From an uncultured Bacteroidales bacterium (lineage in GTDB: Bacteria > Bacteroidota > Bacteroidia > Bacteroidales > WCHB1-69): a DNA stretch of 64,000 nt. The stretch lies in the NCBI GenBank assembly GCA_905233585.1, contig CAJOFD010000009.1, positions 2,136 through 66,135 on the forward strand. Direction: 5' to 3'. The notes beneath the pieces were generated by a model that saw nothing but the letters and a program-made list of their open reading frames with translations, ran no database searches and was not told the DNA's origin. This document shows positions 30,072 to 37,717 of this stretch, piece by piece. The translations under genes and the position numbers were made by a program. Positions within the stretch are counted from its first letter, which is position 1. Each line of letters begins with the position of its first letter.

Positions 30072-30974
30072 ATGGCAAGTAAAGTAAGAGTTTATGGTAA
30101 GGCACAGAATAGAACTGTGTTGGGTATTTTCAACGCGTATCTTGTAATGTATCCACATGCTACATTAGAAGATTTTAAGAAAGCATTTCCAAAAGAGTTA
30201 AACCCCGATTCCGGTTGGAAGGTTAATGTACAAACATTGGAAGAATGTGACACAGAAAACGAGAAAAAGTTCTTCTTTACAGACGAAGAGGATGTGATTA
30301 AATTGCAAGACGGTACAAAGATGGTACTTTGCAAAATGTGGACAAAGCCAAGTTTTGAGCGTTTAGTCAATCATGCAAAACAATACGATATTGAAGTTGC
30401 AGAATTTACTGCTGCTGAAAAAGGTTTCGGTAAAAAGGGTGGATGGAGACTTGAATATTTAAATGGTTACGTTCCGCCTAAACCTGAAAAATCCAAAACC
30501 GGTTTGTATATTGCTTGTGCTGCCATTGTGTTTGTCGCAATTTTGACTTTCTTGTTGGCACGCAGTTGCAACAAAGAAACGCAAGTGGTGGAAAAAATAG
30601 TAACCGTTGTAGATACCGTTTATGTGCAACAGATTGAGGAAATGGAAAAGAATTTCAATGCGGCCGAATTTGAAAAAGGCAAAACGGATTTGAGCGATGC
30701 TTCTAAATTCGTGTTGCACGATTTGGCAAAATTAATGGAAAAACAACAATCTATAAAATTGAAAATAGTAGGGCATACTTCTGCCGAAGGCGATGACGCT
30801 TTCAATCAAAAATTGTCGGAAAACAGGGCTAAAGCCGCTGTGGATTTTTGGGTTTCACAAGGTATTGCACAAGACCGTCTGCAATGGGAAGGCAAAGGCA
30901 GCACAGAACTCAAAGATGCTGAAAATCCTGAATCAAATGTAAATAGAAGAACGGAATTTGTTGTAATTGAATAA
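30072..30974 (+). CDS. Single-TM protein: unknown N-terminal domain plus C-terminal OmpA-like peptidoglycan-binding domain
   Basis: TM GLYIACAAIVFVAILTFLLA; GHTS..G...FNQKLSENRAKA and NRRTEF motifs; no signal peptide. Confidence 0.85.
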   Translation: MASKVRVYGKAQNRTVLGIFNAYLVMYPHATLEDFKKAFPKELNPDSGWKVNVQTLEECDTENEKKFFFTDEEDVIKLQDGTKMVLCKMWTKPSFERLVNHAKQYDIEVAEFTAAEKGFGKKGGWRLEYLNGYVPPKPEKSKTGLYIACAAIVFVAILTFLLARSCNKETQVVEKIVTVVDTVYVQQIEEMEKNFNAAEFEKGKTDLSDASKFVLHDLAKLMEKQQSIKLKIVGHTSAEGDDAFNQKLSENRAKAAVDFWVSQGIAQDRLQWEGKGSTELKDAENPESNVNRRTEFVVIE

Positions 30975-31002
30975 TTTAATGTTTAATAAAAAATAAGGAA
31001 TA

Positions 31003-31407
31003 ATGAAAACTGAATCCAAAGTACTTTCTTCATTTCTTGCTGCTGCTGTTTGGGCTGACGGGGAATATGATGAATTTGAAAAAGAATTTGTAAAAGAAGT
31101 TGGTGATGTACTTGAAATAAAGACACTTTCAACTGACTTGGAAAAAACAATCAAAGAAACGGAAAAAATGAACGAGGACGAATTGGCTTCGTTTTTGGAA
31201 ACAGCAGCAAAAAAAGTGGCTGCAACGGAAAAGGAAGGTGTATTGACACTTTGCCTGCAAATGTTGTGTGCCGATGCTTTCTTGTCTATTGACGAAATGG
31301 AGAATTTCTTTGCTTTTGCAGACATTTTGGGGATAGACGAAGAAAAAGCAACTGCAATGCTTGATGAATTTGTCGCTGAAGAAGAAGATTTGATTATAGA
31401 AGAATAA
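31003..31407 (+). CDS. TerB-like protein
   Basis: AAAVWADGEYDEFE and MLCADAFLSIDE...FADILGI, the duplicated (A)DG-x4-E pattern of TerB; acidic. Confidence 0.75.
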   Translation: MKTESKVLSSFLAAAVWADGEYDEFEKEFVKEVGDVLEIKTLSTDLEKTIKETEKMNEDELASFLETAAKKVAATEKEGVLTLCLQMLCADAFLSIDEMENFFAFADILGIDEEKATAMLDEFVAEEEDLIIEE

Positions 31408-31426
31408 CCTTAAAAAATTGAGAATT

Positions 31427-31696
31427 ATGGCAGTACAGAAAACAGCGTCCGGAAAAGTGGACAAACGTACAAAAGAATACAAGGAAATGGTGGAACGTGC
31501 AAAAAAAGCACGTGAGGCACATAAAAAAGCCGCTACAAAACCGACTATTAAGAAAAAAACAACAGCACCAGCCAGACGTGCTGACGGTCGTCTGGACCAA
31601 CGCACAAAAGCAGGTAAAGAAGCCGCTGAACGCATGGCTAAAGCCCGTAAGGCAAAAGGCAGTTTTGTCAACAAACTCAAAAGGTTGTTCAAATAA
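31427..31696 (+). CDS. Small basic protein with a duplicated motif
   Basis: TASGKVDKRTKEYKE and RADGRLDQRTKAGKE; Lys/Arg-rich; A-rich translation-initiation region. Confidence 0.75.
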   Translation: MAVQKTASGKVDKRTKEYKEMVERAKKAREAHKKAATKPTIKKKTTAPARRADGRLDQRTKAGKEAAERMAKARKAKGSFVNKLKRLFK

Positions 31697-31721
31697 GATA
31701 GATTAATACATTGATAAACAA

Positions 31722-31763
31722 TTTTCCCCGTTGGAAATATATATTCCAACGGGTTGGGGAAAA
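31722..31763. other. Intergenic stem-loop
   Basis: CCCGTTGGAA-ATATATA-TTCCAACGGG, with an alternative outer pairing TTTTCCCC/GGGGAAAA. Confidence 0.6.
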
Positions 31764-31784
31764 GAGAGATAAAAGGTAATATAT

Positions 31785-32408
31785 ATGAAGAAAAATCTTT
31801 TGAAAGATGCTCAAGCGGTACTGAATGCCTACAAAAAAATGGAAACTTATCAGATTCAGCAAGAAGTGTTGGATAATCTTGTGGACAAGTTTCCTGATCA
31901 TAAGAACAAGGCCGCTGTTGAAGTAAAGGTTAAATTGCTTAATTTATTATACTCTACAAATGTTCGGGCAACCAATAATATGATGAAACATATTCTTGAA
32001 ATAAAGGATATTGACAAACGTTTGAAGAATGGAGACAAGACTTTGGTGCCGGAGATTGCTAATATTAAAATTAGTGATAAAACATACAATTTTTACTCTT
32101 TTGCCACAAAATATTGTGCCTATCACCAATCCGACAAATTTCCCATTTATGACAATATCGTTGCTAATGTGCTAACTGCACTTTATGCAGATAAAAATAA
32201 AAAAGAGTTTGAAAAAAAGTTGAGGGAGTATGATTTCTATGTGCAGGTATATGATACTTTTATGAAAGAATATGGTCTTGCAGGACATTTCAAATATCGT
32301 GAAGTTGATAACTATATATGGGGAGCATACAAGATTGCAGGAGTAGACTTTGAGATAGAAAAATTGGCTCCAATAGACAAACGCAAGATTATTGAGGTAG
32401 AAATATAA
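31785..32408 (+). CDS. Hypothetical protein, putative HhH-glycosylase-like fold
   Basis: KVKLLNLLYST, YSFATKYC..H....FPIYD and REVDNYIW motifs. Confidence 0.65.
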   Translation: MKKNLLKDAQAVLNAYKKMETYQIQQEVLDNLVDKFPDHKNKAAVEVKVKLLNLLYSTNVRATNNMMKHILEIKDIDKRLKNGDKTLVPEIANIKISDKTYNFYSFATKYCAYHQSDKFPIYDNIVANVLTALYADKNKKEFEKKLREYDFYVQVYDTFMKEYGLAGHFKYREVDNYIWGAYKIAGVDFEIEKLAPIDKRKIIEVEI

Positions 32409-32432
32409 AATAAAAATAATAAAGATTCTGTG

Positions 32433-32858
32433 ATGAAAGTTTCCAAAATTACCGATGTTGAATTTGTTAAATATCATATAGATTTTGAACGTTATGTCCT
32501 TATTTATAGTTCAGATTTTGAGGCTATCTTTGATGAAAAAATGAAAGATACAAACAATTCAAATATGTTGGAGGGACTAGTTAAAATTACAAACAATAAC
32601 AATAAAAATAAAAAATCAGTATATAGAAAATGTATTGGAAGGCATGTCGAAAAGGATATCGTGCAAATGGGTTACAGAACTCAAAGCGAATTGGAGATAA
32701 AGTCTGGCAATGAAGTAGAGATAAAACCTGCAAAATGGTTTCCTTATTATTGGCATAATTCGGATTCGTATTACAAATATCCTTTTAGGATAGCTTGTAT
32801 TGCTTTAATTATAACATGTTTATCCTTTTTATTAAATATATTGTTTCTATTGTGGTGA
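32433..32858 (+). CDS. Hypothetical protein with C-terminal TM anchor
   Basis: Soluble beta-rich domain then FRIACIALIITCLSFLLNILFLLW. Confidence 0.7.
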   Translation: MKVSKITDVEFVKYHIDFERYVLIYSSDFEAIFDEKMKDTNNSNMLEGLVKITNNNNKNKKSVYRKCIGRHVEKDIVQMGYRTQSELEIKSGNEVEIKPAKWFPYYWHNSDSYYKYPFRIACIALIITCLSFLLNILFLLW

Positions 32859-32906
32859 AATAAAAAGTAAAATTAACATAGTATTAATCAATAAAAAAAT
32901 AAAATT

Positions 32907-33656
32907 ATGGCAGAATTTAATATAGACGGTCGCATGCGTGTGGATTCCCTGCAGGCACAATTCAAAGAGGCATTCGGAGGAACTCTCCGTGTTTATTATC
33001 ATCATCACTTTGCAGAAGCATCTGCCCGTTTGTCAGAAATTAGAAGTGAAAATGCACCTGCTACTGGTGAATTAAAAGTCAATGGAAATATGCAGGTTGG
33101 CACTTTTGAGGAAAAAATGATGGAACAATTTGGTATAGAGGTGCAAGTTGCTGATGCCAACAACGAAGTTTTGATTGAAAACGGGGCAACCTTACGAAAT
33201 GCGGCCAATGCGAAAGCAAAGGCAGCATATCAACAACAAGACTATTCTCGAGAATATTGGGTTGAAACATCTTGTGAACAAAATGTGGTTTTGTCAGAAC
33301 ATGTGATAGACTTGTTGAATGAATGTACAGGTAAGAAATATGAACCTGTATTCAGACAAGTATATATCGGGATAAAATTTGATGACAAACCCTGCAATTT
33401 TATAACATTAACACCGCAGAAACGGGAATTGCTTCTTTCAATAAGTGTTGCGGAAAGTGCCAAACATCAAGAAATTTTTGACAAGTATTTTGATGGGGAT
33501 GTTAAATATAATAAAGGTGTTTATCAATTGAAAATCAATACTGAAGATACCGAAAAGAAAGGTGGTTTTTTCAAAAAATTATTGGGCAAAGCGGCAAGCA
33601 ATATAGATCAACTCAAACCGATATTATTACAAGCGGAAAAAGAATATAGAAAATAA
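32907..33656 (+). CDS. Duplicated beta-grasp-like domain fused to a DUF5655-like C-terminal domain
   Basis: N-terminal ~100 aa clearly paralogous to 34309..34623; C-terminal YIGIK...NFITLTPQKRELLLSI. Confidence 0.7.
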   Translation: MAEFNIDGRMRVDSLQAQFKEAFGGTLRVYYHHHFAEASARLSEIRSENAPATGELKVNGNMQVGTFEEKMMEQFGIEVQVADANNEVLIENGATLRNAANAKAKAAYQQQDYSREYWVETSCEQNVVLSEHVIDLLNECTGKKYEPVFRQVYIGIKFDDKPCNFITLTPQKRELLLSISVAESAKHQEIFDKYFDGDVKYNKGVYQLKINTEDTEKKGGFFKKLLGKAASNIDQLKPILLQAEKEYRK

Positions 33657-33692
33657 AAATAAAAATAAGTATTAACCAATTAAAATAATATT

Positions 33693-34241
33693 ATGGCAAC
33701 AACAAAGAAACCAGCCGTTAAGAAATCCGCAGCTAAACCTGCAGCCAGGAAAACCACAACAGTTGCAAAGACAGCAACTTCGACAAAGAAAACTGCAGCG
33801 AAGCCTGCGGCTAAATCTGTAGCAAAGAAAACAACTACAGTGAAGACGACTGTTGAATTGTCGGTAACTGGAAACAAGAAGGTGGAAACTTTGATGAAAG
33901 AATTTACAAAGAAATTTCCATATCTTCGTTTGCGTATTTATTCAGGAGAAGCCAAAAAAGTTTCGGGCTCATTGACTCCATATAGGGTTGACATATCTAA
34001 AACTCTAGCATCAGTACGCGATAAAAGTGCAAAAGGTGGAGATATATCCATTAGCGGCAATAAGAAAATCAAGACCTTGGAAAAAGAATTTGATACCGTA
34101 TTCGGTCTGTATGTACAAGTATGCTACACTGCAAAAGACGGACATCGTTATTATACCAGCGGTACTGCTGACGAGATGACCCTCGCCGCCTTCAATAGGA
34201 AGTGCGAAGCCGATGGCTGCAAAAAAGATGAATGGAAGTAA
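33693..34241 (+). CDS. Histone-H1-like K/A/T-rich tail fused to a duplicated beta-grasp-like domain
   Basis: KKPAVKKSAAKPAARK... followed by LSVTGNKKVETLMKEF and ISISGNKKIKTLEKEF repeats. Confidence 0.75.
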   Translation: MATTKKPAVKKSAAKPAARKTTTVAKTATSTKKTAAKPAAKSVAKKTTTVKTTVELSVTGNKKVETLMKEFTKKFPYLRLRIYSGEAKKVSGSLTPYRVDISKTLASVRDKSAKGGDISISGNKKIKTLEKEFDTVFGLYVQVCYTAKDGHRYYTSGTADEMTLAAFNRKCEADGCKKDEWK

Positions 34242-34308
34242 AATCGGATAGATAAAAATTTAAATTAATCAAATAAACATAGTATTAACCAATTAAAAAA
34301 TTAAAGTT

Positions 34309-34623
34309 ATGGCAGAATTTAACATTGACGGAAGAATGAAGGTAAAAACCTTGAAATCCAAGTTCAAAGAAGCGTTTGGTGCATCTTTGCGTGTTTACAT
34401 GAATGTATCAAGCAAAGGTCGTATGGCGGATGAGGAAGCAACATTGGCAAGCATTCGTGCTGAAGGTGCCAAAGGTGGCGAACTTGCTGTAAAAGGCAAC
34501 ATGAAAGTCGGCAATTTTGAAAACAAAATAGCTGAAATGTATGGTATTGGTGTACAGGTAGCCAATGCAGATGACTCCAAACTTGCAGACAATGAGGCAA
34601 CCCTCATTCAAGCCGGAAAGTAA
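34309..34623 (+). CDS. Stand-alone duplicated beta-grasp-like domain protein
   Basis: Two internal repeats: FNIDGRMKVKTLKSKFKEAFGASLRV...DEEATL and LAVKGNMKVGNFENKIAEMYGIGVQV...DNEATL. Confidence 0.8.
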   Translation: MAEFNIDGRMKVKTLKSKFKEAFGASLRVYMNVSSKGRMADEEATLASIRAEGAKGGELAVKGNMKVGNFENKIAEMYGIGVQVANADDSKLADNEATLIQAGK

Positions 34624-34635
34624 GTTTTTCGTCAG

Positions 34636-34688
34636 AGCAGGGGAACAGCAATGTTCCCTTGCTTACCAACAACCAACGTTCTTTGACA
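34636..34688 (+). promoter_or_regulatory. GNRA-loop hairpin followed by boxA-like sequence
   Basis: AGCAGGGGAACA-GCAA-TGTTCCCTTGCT (no T-tract), then CGTTCTTTGACA at 34677-34688. Confidence 0.5.
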
Positions 34689-34879
34689 TATTGTAGAGAA
34701 AAAATCAGAACAAATTGCTTTCTAATTCATTGTTTAATTGATAATAACGCGTAAACATAGATTGTATTTTGTTATAATTTAATCAGTAATATTTCATATT
34801 TGTCTGTAGAAATCGCAGTACAATTACAACTTTTATTTGAAAAACGAAAGAATTGATATTAAAAATTTTCTCTACAATA
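34689..34879. mobile_element. 191-bp non-coding segment bounded by perfect 14-bp inverted repeats (MITE-like)
   Basis: TATTGTAGAGAAAA (34689-34702) and TTTTCTCTACAATA (34866-34879). Confidence 0.5.
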
Positions 34880-34948
34880 CAAAAATATAAGGATAATCCC
34901 GCAGTCCTGAAATTGCGGAAAAAATTATTTTATTAAATTTTCATTATT

Positions 34949-35191
34949 ATGAGCAAAGAGTATTATCGTAAGAAAATTATTGATTTGCGGGCGAGTCTGC
35001 AAAAAGAAAAAGATGCCAAAAAACGAGACAACGAACATTATGCAAGCCTGATAAAGGGAGCGTCAACGCCATCGTTAAAGGCCTCGTATAGAAAATCAAA
35101 AATTGACTATGCCGCTAGACACGACCGTAACATCGAGTCGCTAAAACGACAGATAGAAAGTGCCAAAGAATCGCTGAAAAGAGAAAAATAA
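34949..35191 (+). CDS. Small basic helical/coiled-coil protein
   Basis: 80-aa K/R-rich heptad-like ORF with an AT-rich initiation region. Confidence 0.7.
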   Translation: MSKEYYRKKIIDLRASLQKEKDAKKRDNEHYASLIKGASTPSLKASYRKSKIDYAARHDRNIESLKRQIESAKESLKREK

Positions 35192-35235
35192 TGGCAGGAT
35201 GGATATAGACAAAATTGTCGGTATAATAAATTGAA

Positions 35236-36975
35236 ATGAGTAGAATCGCGAGTTTTAAACGTGAACTTTCACGTGTTTTTGATGACAACCTGCACACCAA
35301 ACAATGGCACAATTATGTGGATTATACCATTATTGGATTGATTATAATCAGTACTTTGGAAGTGTTCATCTCCACTTTCGCAGGGGTAGAACAACGTTTC
35401 GGCAAAATACTGATATTTATTGATATTTTTACTGTCATTATTTTTACAATTGAAGTTTCTCTCCGCATTTGGTGTGCTGACCTGATTGACGACAAATACA
35501 AAGGTTTTCTCGGAAGGATACGCTATTGTTGCAGTTTCTATGGATTAATAGATATTCTGTCAACATATCCTTTTTATTTGAGTTTCTTATTTCCTTTTCC
35601 CTATACTGCCCTCAAAGTTTTGCGAATAGCCCGTTTGTTGAGAGTCTTTCGCTATATGCATTCATTCCGTTTGTTGGCAGAGGCTTTTAAGTCTAAAAAG
35701 AATGAATTGTGGGTTTCTGTTCAGTTTTTGGCGATTGTAACAATCATATTGTCGCTTATCTTGTTTTTTGTAGAACACAAGGCACAGCCTGAAACTTATG
35801 CAAACGGTTGGGATTCTGTTGCATGGGCTTTTCTTCAATATGTTGGCGATCCGGGCGGATTTGCCGACAATCCGCCTATTACTTCTATAGGACAAATTAT
35901 AGCCGTATTGGTGGGGATACTTGGAATAGCGATATTTGCTGTGCCTGCAGGTCTTATCGGATCCGGATTTACAGAAGTTATGGAAAAAGAACAAAAAGAG
36001 GAGAAGCGTCAAAATGATATAGATAAGATAAACGCAATTTTCCGGTACGTACAATGTCGTTACACAAAATATTTACTGGTTCCCAAATATATGTCAATAA
36101 CAGACATACAGGCACAACAGGGTATAAGCCAACCCAATATTATCGAAGCCGTTTCCGCTTCTGATTTTTTGCGTTTGCGTAATATCGCCACCACTCGTCC
36201 AGTGGAAGAAAAACCAGCAGATAAACTTGTTGTAGAATGTTTTCCTAAAAACAGACCGTATGGCTGCTGTATCAATAGGGGTTCAAAGGTTACAATTGTT
36301 TCCACTTCCAGTTGCAGTGAGGCTGTAATCGGTAATTTTTCGTATTATCTTGCCATGATTGGAGGTTTTAATTATGTAAGTAAAGAAATTGAGTTTGATA
36401 GCAAATATCCTATAACATATTATAATATCAACGATAGGAATGCTTGTCCCAATTTGCCTCTTTTTCTTAATGATATAGATAGTCTTGCAAAAACCGAAGA
36501 TAGTTGGGTTGTTTTTCTACTTTCGGCCAGTGGAGGTCAAGAACCTGTATATCCAACGCAGTTTCACTATATAATAGGTGCGCAAAAAGGTGATGAAACT
36601 TATAATGACCCCAATATAACAATAAAAGATGTTGCCGTATTTGATGCGATGTACAATGAATTGACAGAAACAATACAATCTCAATTCGGGTTAAATTCAG
36701 ACAGACACAAATATTATGGTTCTTCCCCCAGAAACATAAGCCGCCATATCTGTCAAGGAAGAAAAATCAATGCTTTTACCATAAGGATTGCATGGAGCGT
36801 AACTTGTTGGGATTATCGCAATACATTAATTTCCAAAACTATGGCAGATATATTCAACAAGCATTTTGAACCTGAAGTGCAGAAAGAATATTCATCGGAA
36901 TTGACCATTCGCAAACCTAAAATGGACTATGGTTACACATTTTATTCCGACCTGATTGAGAATGAAAAAAGTTAA
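35236..36975 (+). CDS. 6-TM voltage-sensor ion channel with atypical pore loop and large cytoplasmic C-terminal domain
   Basis: S4 LKVLRIARLLRVFR; S6 GIAIFAVPAGLIGSGF; pore loop LQYVGDPGGFADNPP. Confidence 0.85.
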   Translation: MSRIASFKRELSRVFDDNLHTKQWHNYVDYTIIGLIIISTLEVFISTFAGVEQRFGKILIFIDIFTVIIFTIEVSLRIWCADLIDDKYKGFLGRIRYCCSFYGLIDILSTYPFYLSFLFPFPYTALKVLRIARLLRVFRYMHSFRLLAEAFKSKKNELWVSVQFLAIVTIILSLILFFVEHKAQPETYANGWDSVAWAFLQYVGDPGGFADNPPITSIGQIIAVLVGILGIAIFAVPAGLIGSGFTEVMEKEQKEEKRQNDIDKINAIFRYVQCRYTKYLLVPKYMSITDIQAQQGISQPNIIEAVSASDFLRLRNIATTRPVEEKPADKLVVECFPKNRPYGCCINRGSKVTIVSTSSCSEAVIGNFSYYLAMIGGFNYVSKEIEFDSKYPITYYNINDRNACPNLPLFLNDIDSLAKTEDSWVVFLLSASGGQEPVYPTQFHYIIGAQKGDETYNDPNITIKDVAVFDAMYNELTETIQSQFGLNSDRHKYYGSSPRNISRHICQGRKINAFTIRIAWSVTCWDYRNTLISKTMADIFNKHFEPEVQKEYSSELTIRKPKMDYGYTFYSDLIENEKS

Positions 36976-37712
36976 TGATATTTATGCAATTACTCAAACA
37001 ATTATATCAAATCAATAGCAAATCGGGGCATGAAGATGAAATCAAACATGTCGTGCTTGAATATCTAAAGGGACTGCCTTTGTCAATATCTGAAGATGCT
37101 ATCGGCAATTTGTTCATTACCAAAGGAAAATCCCAATATTATCCTTGCATTGCAGCACATTTGGACGAAGTACACTATCCTCAGCATAGAAATTTGCACG
37201 AAATCAATGGAATTGTTTGTGCTACAGATGATGATAAAAATCGTATCGGTATAGGTGCCGATGATAAAAACGGAATATGGATTGCACTGCAATTGCTACA
37301 AAGTGAAGAGTTTTTGAAAGTCGTCTTGTTTGTACAAGAAGAAAAAGACGGAGAAATACCGGGGTGTCGCGGTTCAAAAGCCTGTGATTTACATTTCTTT
37401 GATAATGTGAGATTTATTGTACAATGTGACCGAAAAGGCAATAGCGATATTGTTACTTTTAATGAAAAATATAATGTGCGGCTTTGTGAAGATGATTTTA
37501 TTCCCCTTGCCTTGCAACAGAAATATGGCTATAAACCTGTCAACGGTGGAACTACCGATGTTGTTGCTTTACGCAATCGAGGACTTGCTATTCCTTGTTG
37601 CAACATCAGTTGCGGTTACTACAATGCTCACAAATCCGAAGAATATACGGTGTACAACGATTTGTTCAAATGTTTTAATTTAGTAAAAGATATTTTGACT
37701 TATTATAAATAA
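36975..37712 (+). CDS. M20/M28-type binuclear Zn peptidase
   Basis: AHLD, GADDKNG, QEE, QCDR and YNAH metal-ligand motifs; start overlaps the channel stop codon. Confidence 0.8.
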   Translation: MIFMQLLKQLYQINSKSGHEDEIKHVVLEYLKGLPLSISEDAIGNLFITKGKSQYYPCIAAHLDEVHYPQHRNLHEINGIVCATDDDKNRIGIGADDKNGIWIALQLLQSEEFLKVVLFVQEEKDGEIPGCRGSKACDLHFFDNVRFIVQCDRKGNSDIVTFNEKYNVRLCEDDFIPLALQQKYGYKPVNGGTTDVVALRNRGLAIPCCNISCGYYNAHKSEEYTVYNDLFKCFNLVKDILTYYK

Positions 37713-37717
37713 AAAAA

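Noticed and set aside
30072-31407. Zorya or a complete ter operon
   Set aside because: No ZorA/MotA-like gene, helicase or nuclease, and no TerC/TerD/TerZ homologues recognised.
32907-37712. Bacterial ubiquitin-conjugation (Bil/CBASS-like) system
   Set aside because: No E1, E2 or JAB gene, no C-terminal Gly-Gly, and the peptidase is M20/M28-type.
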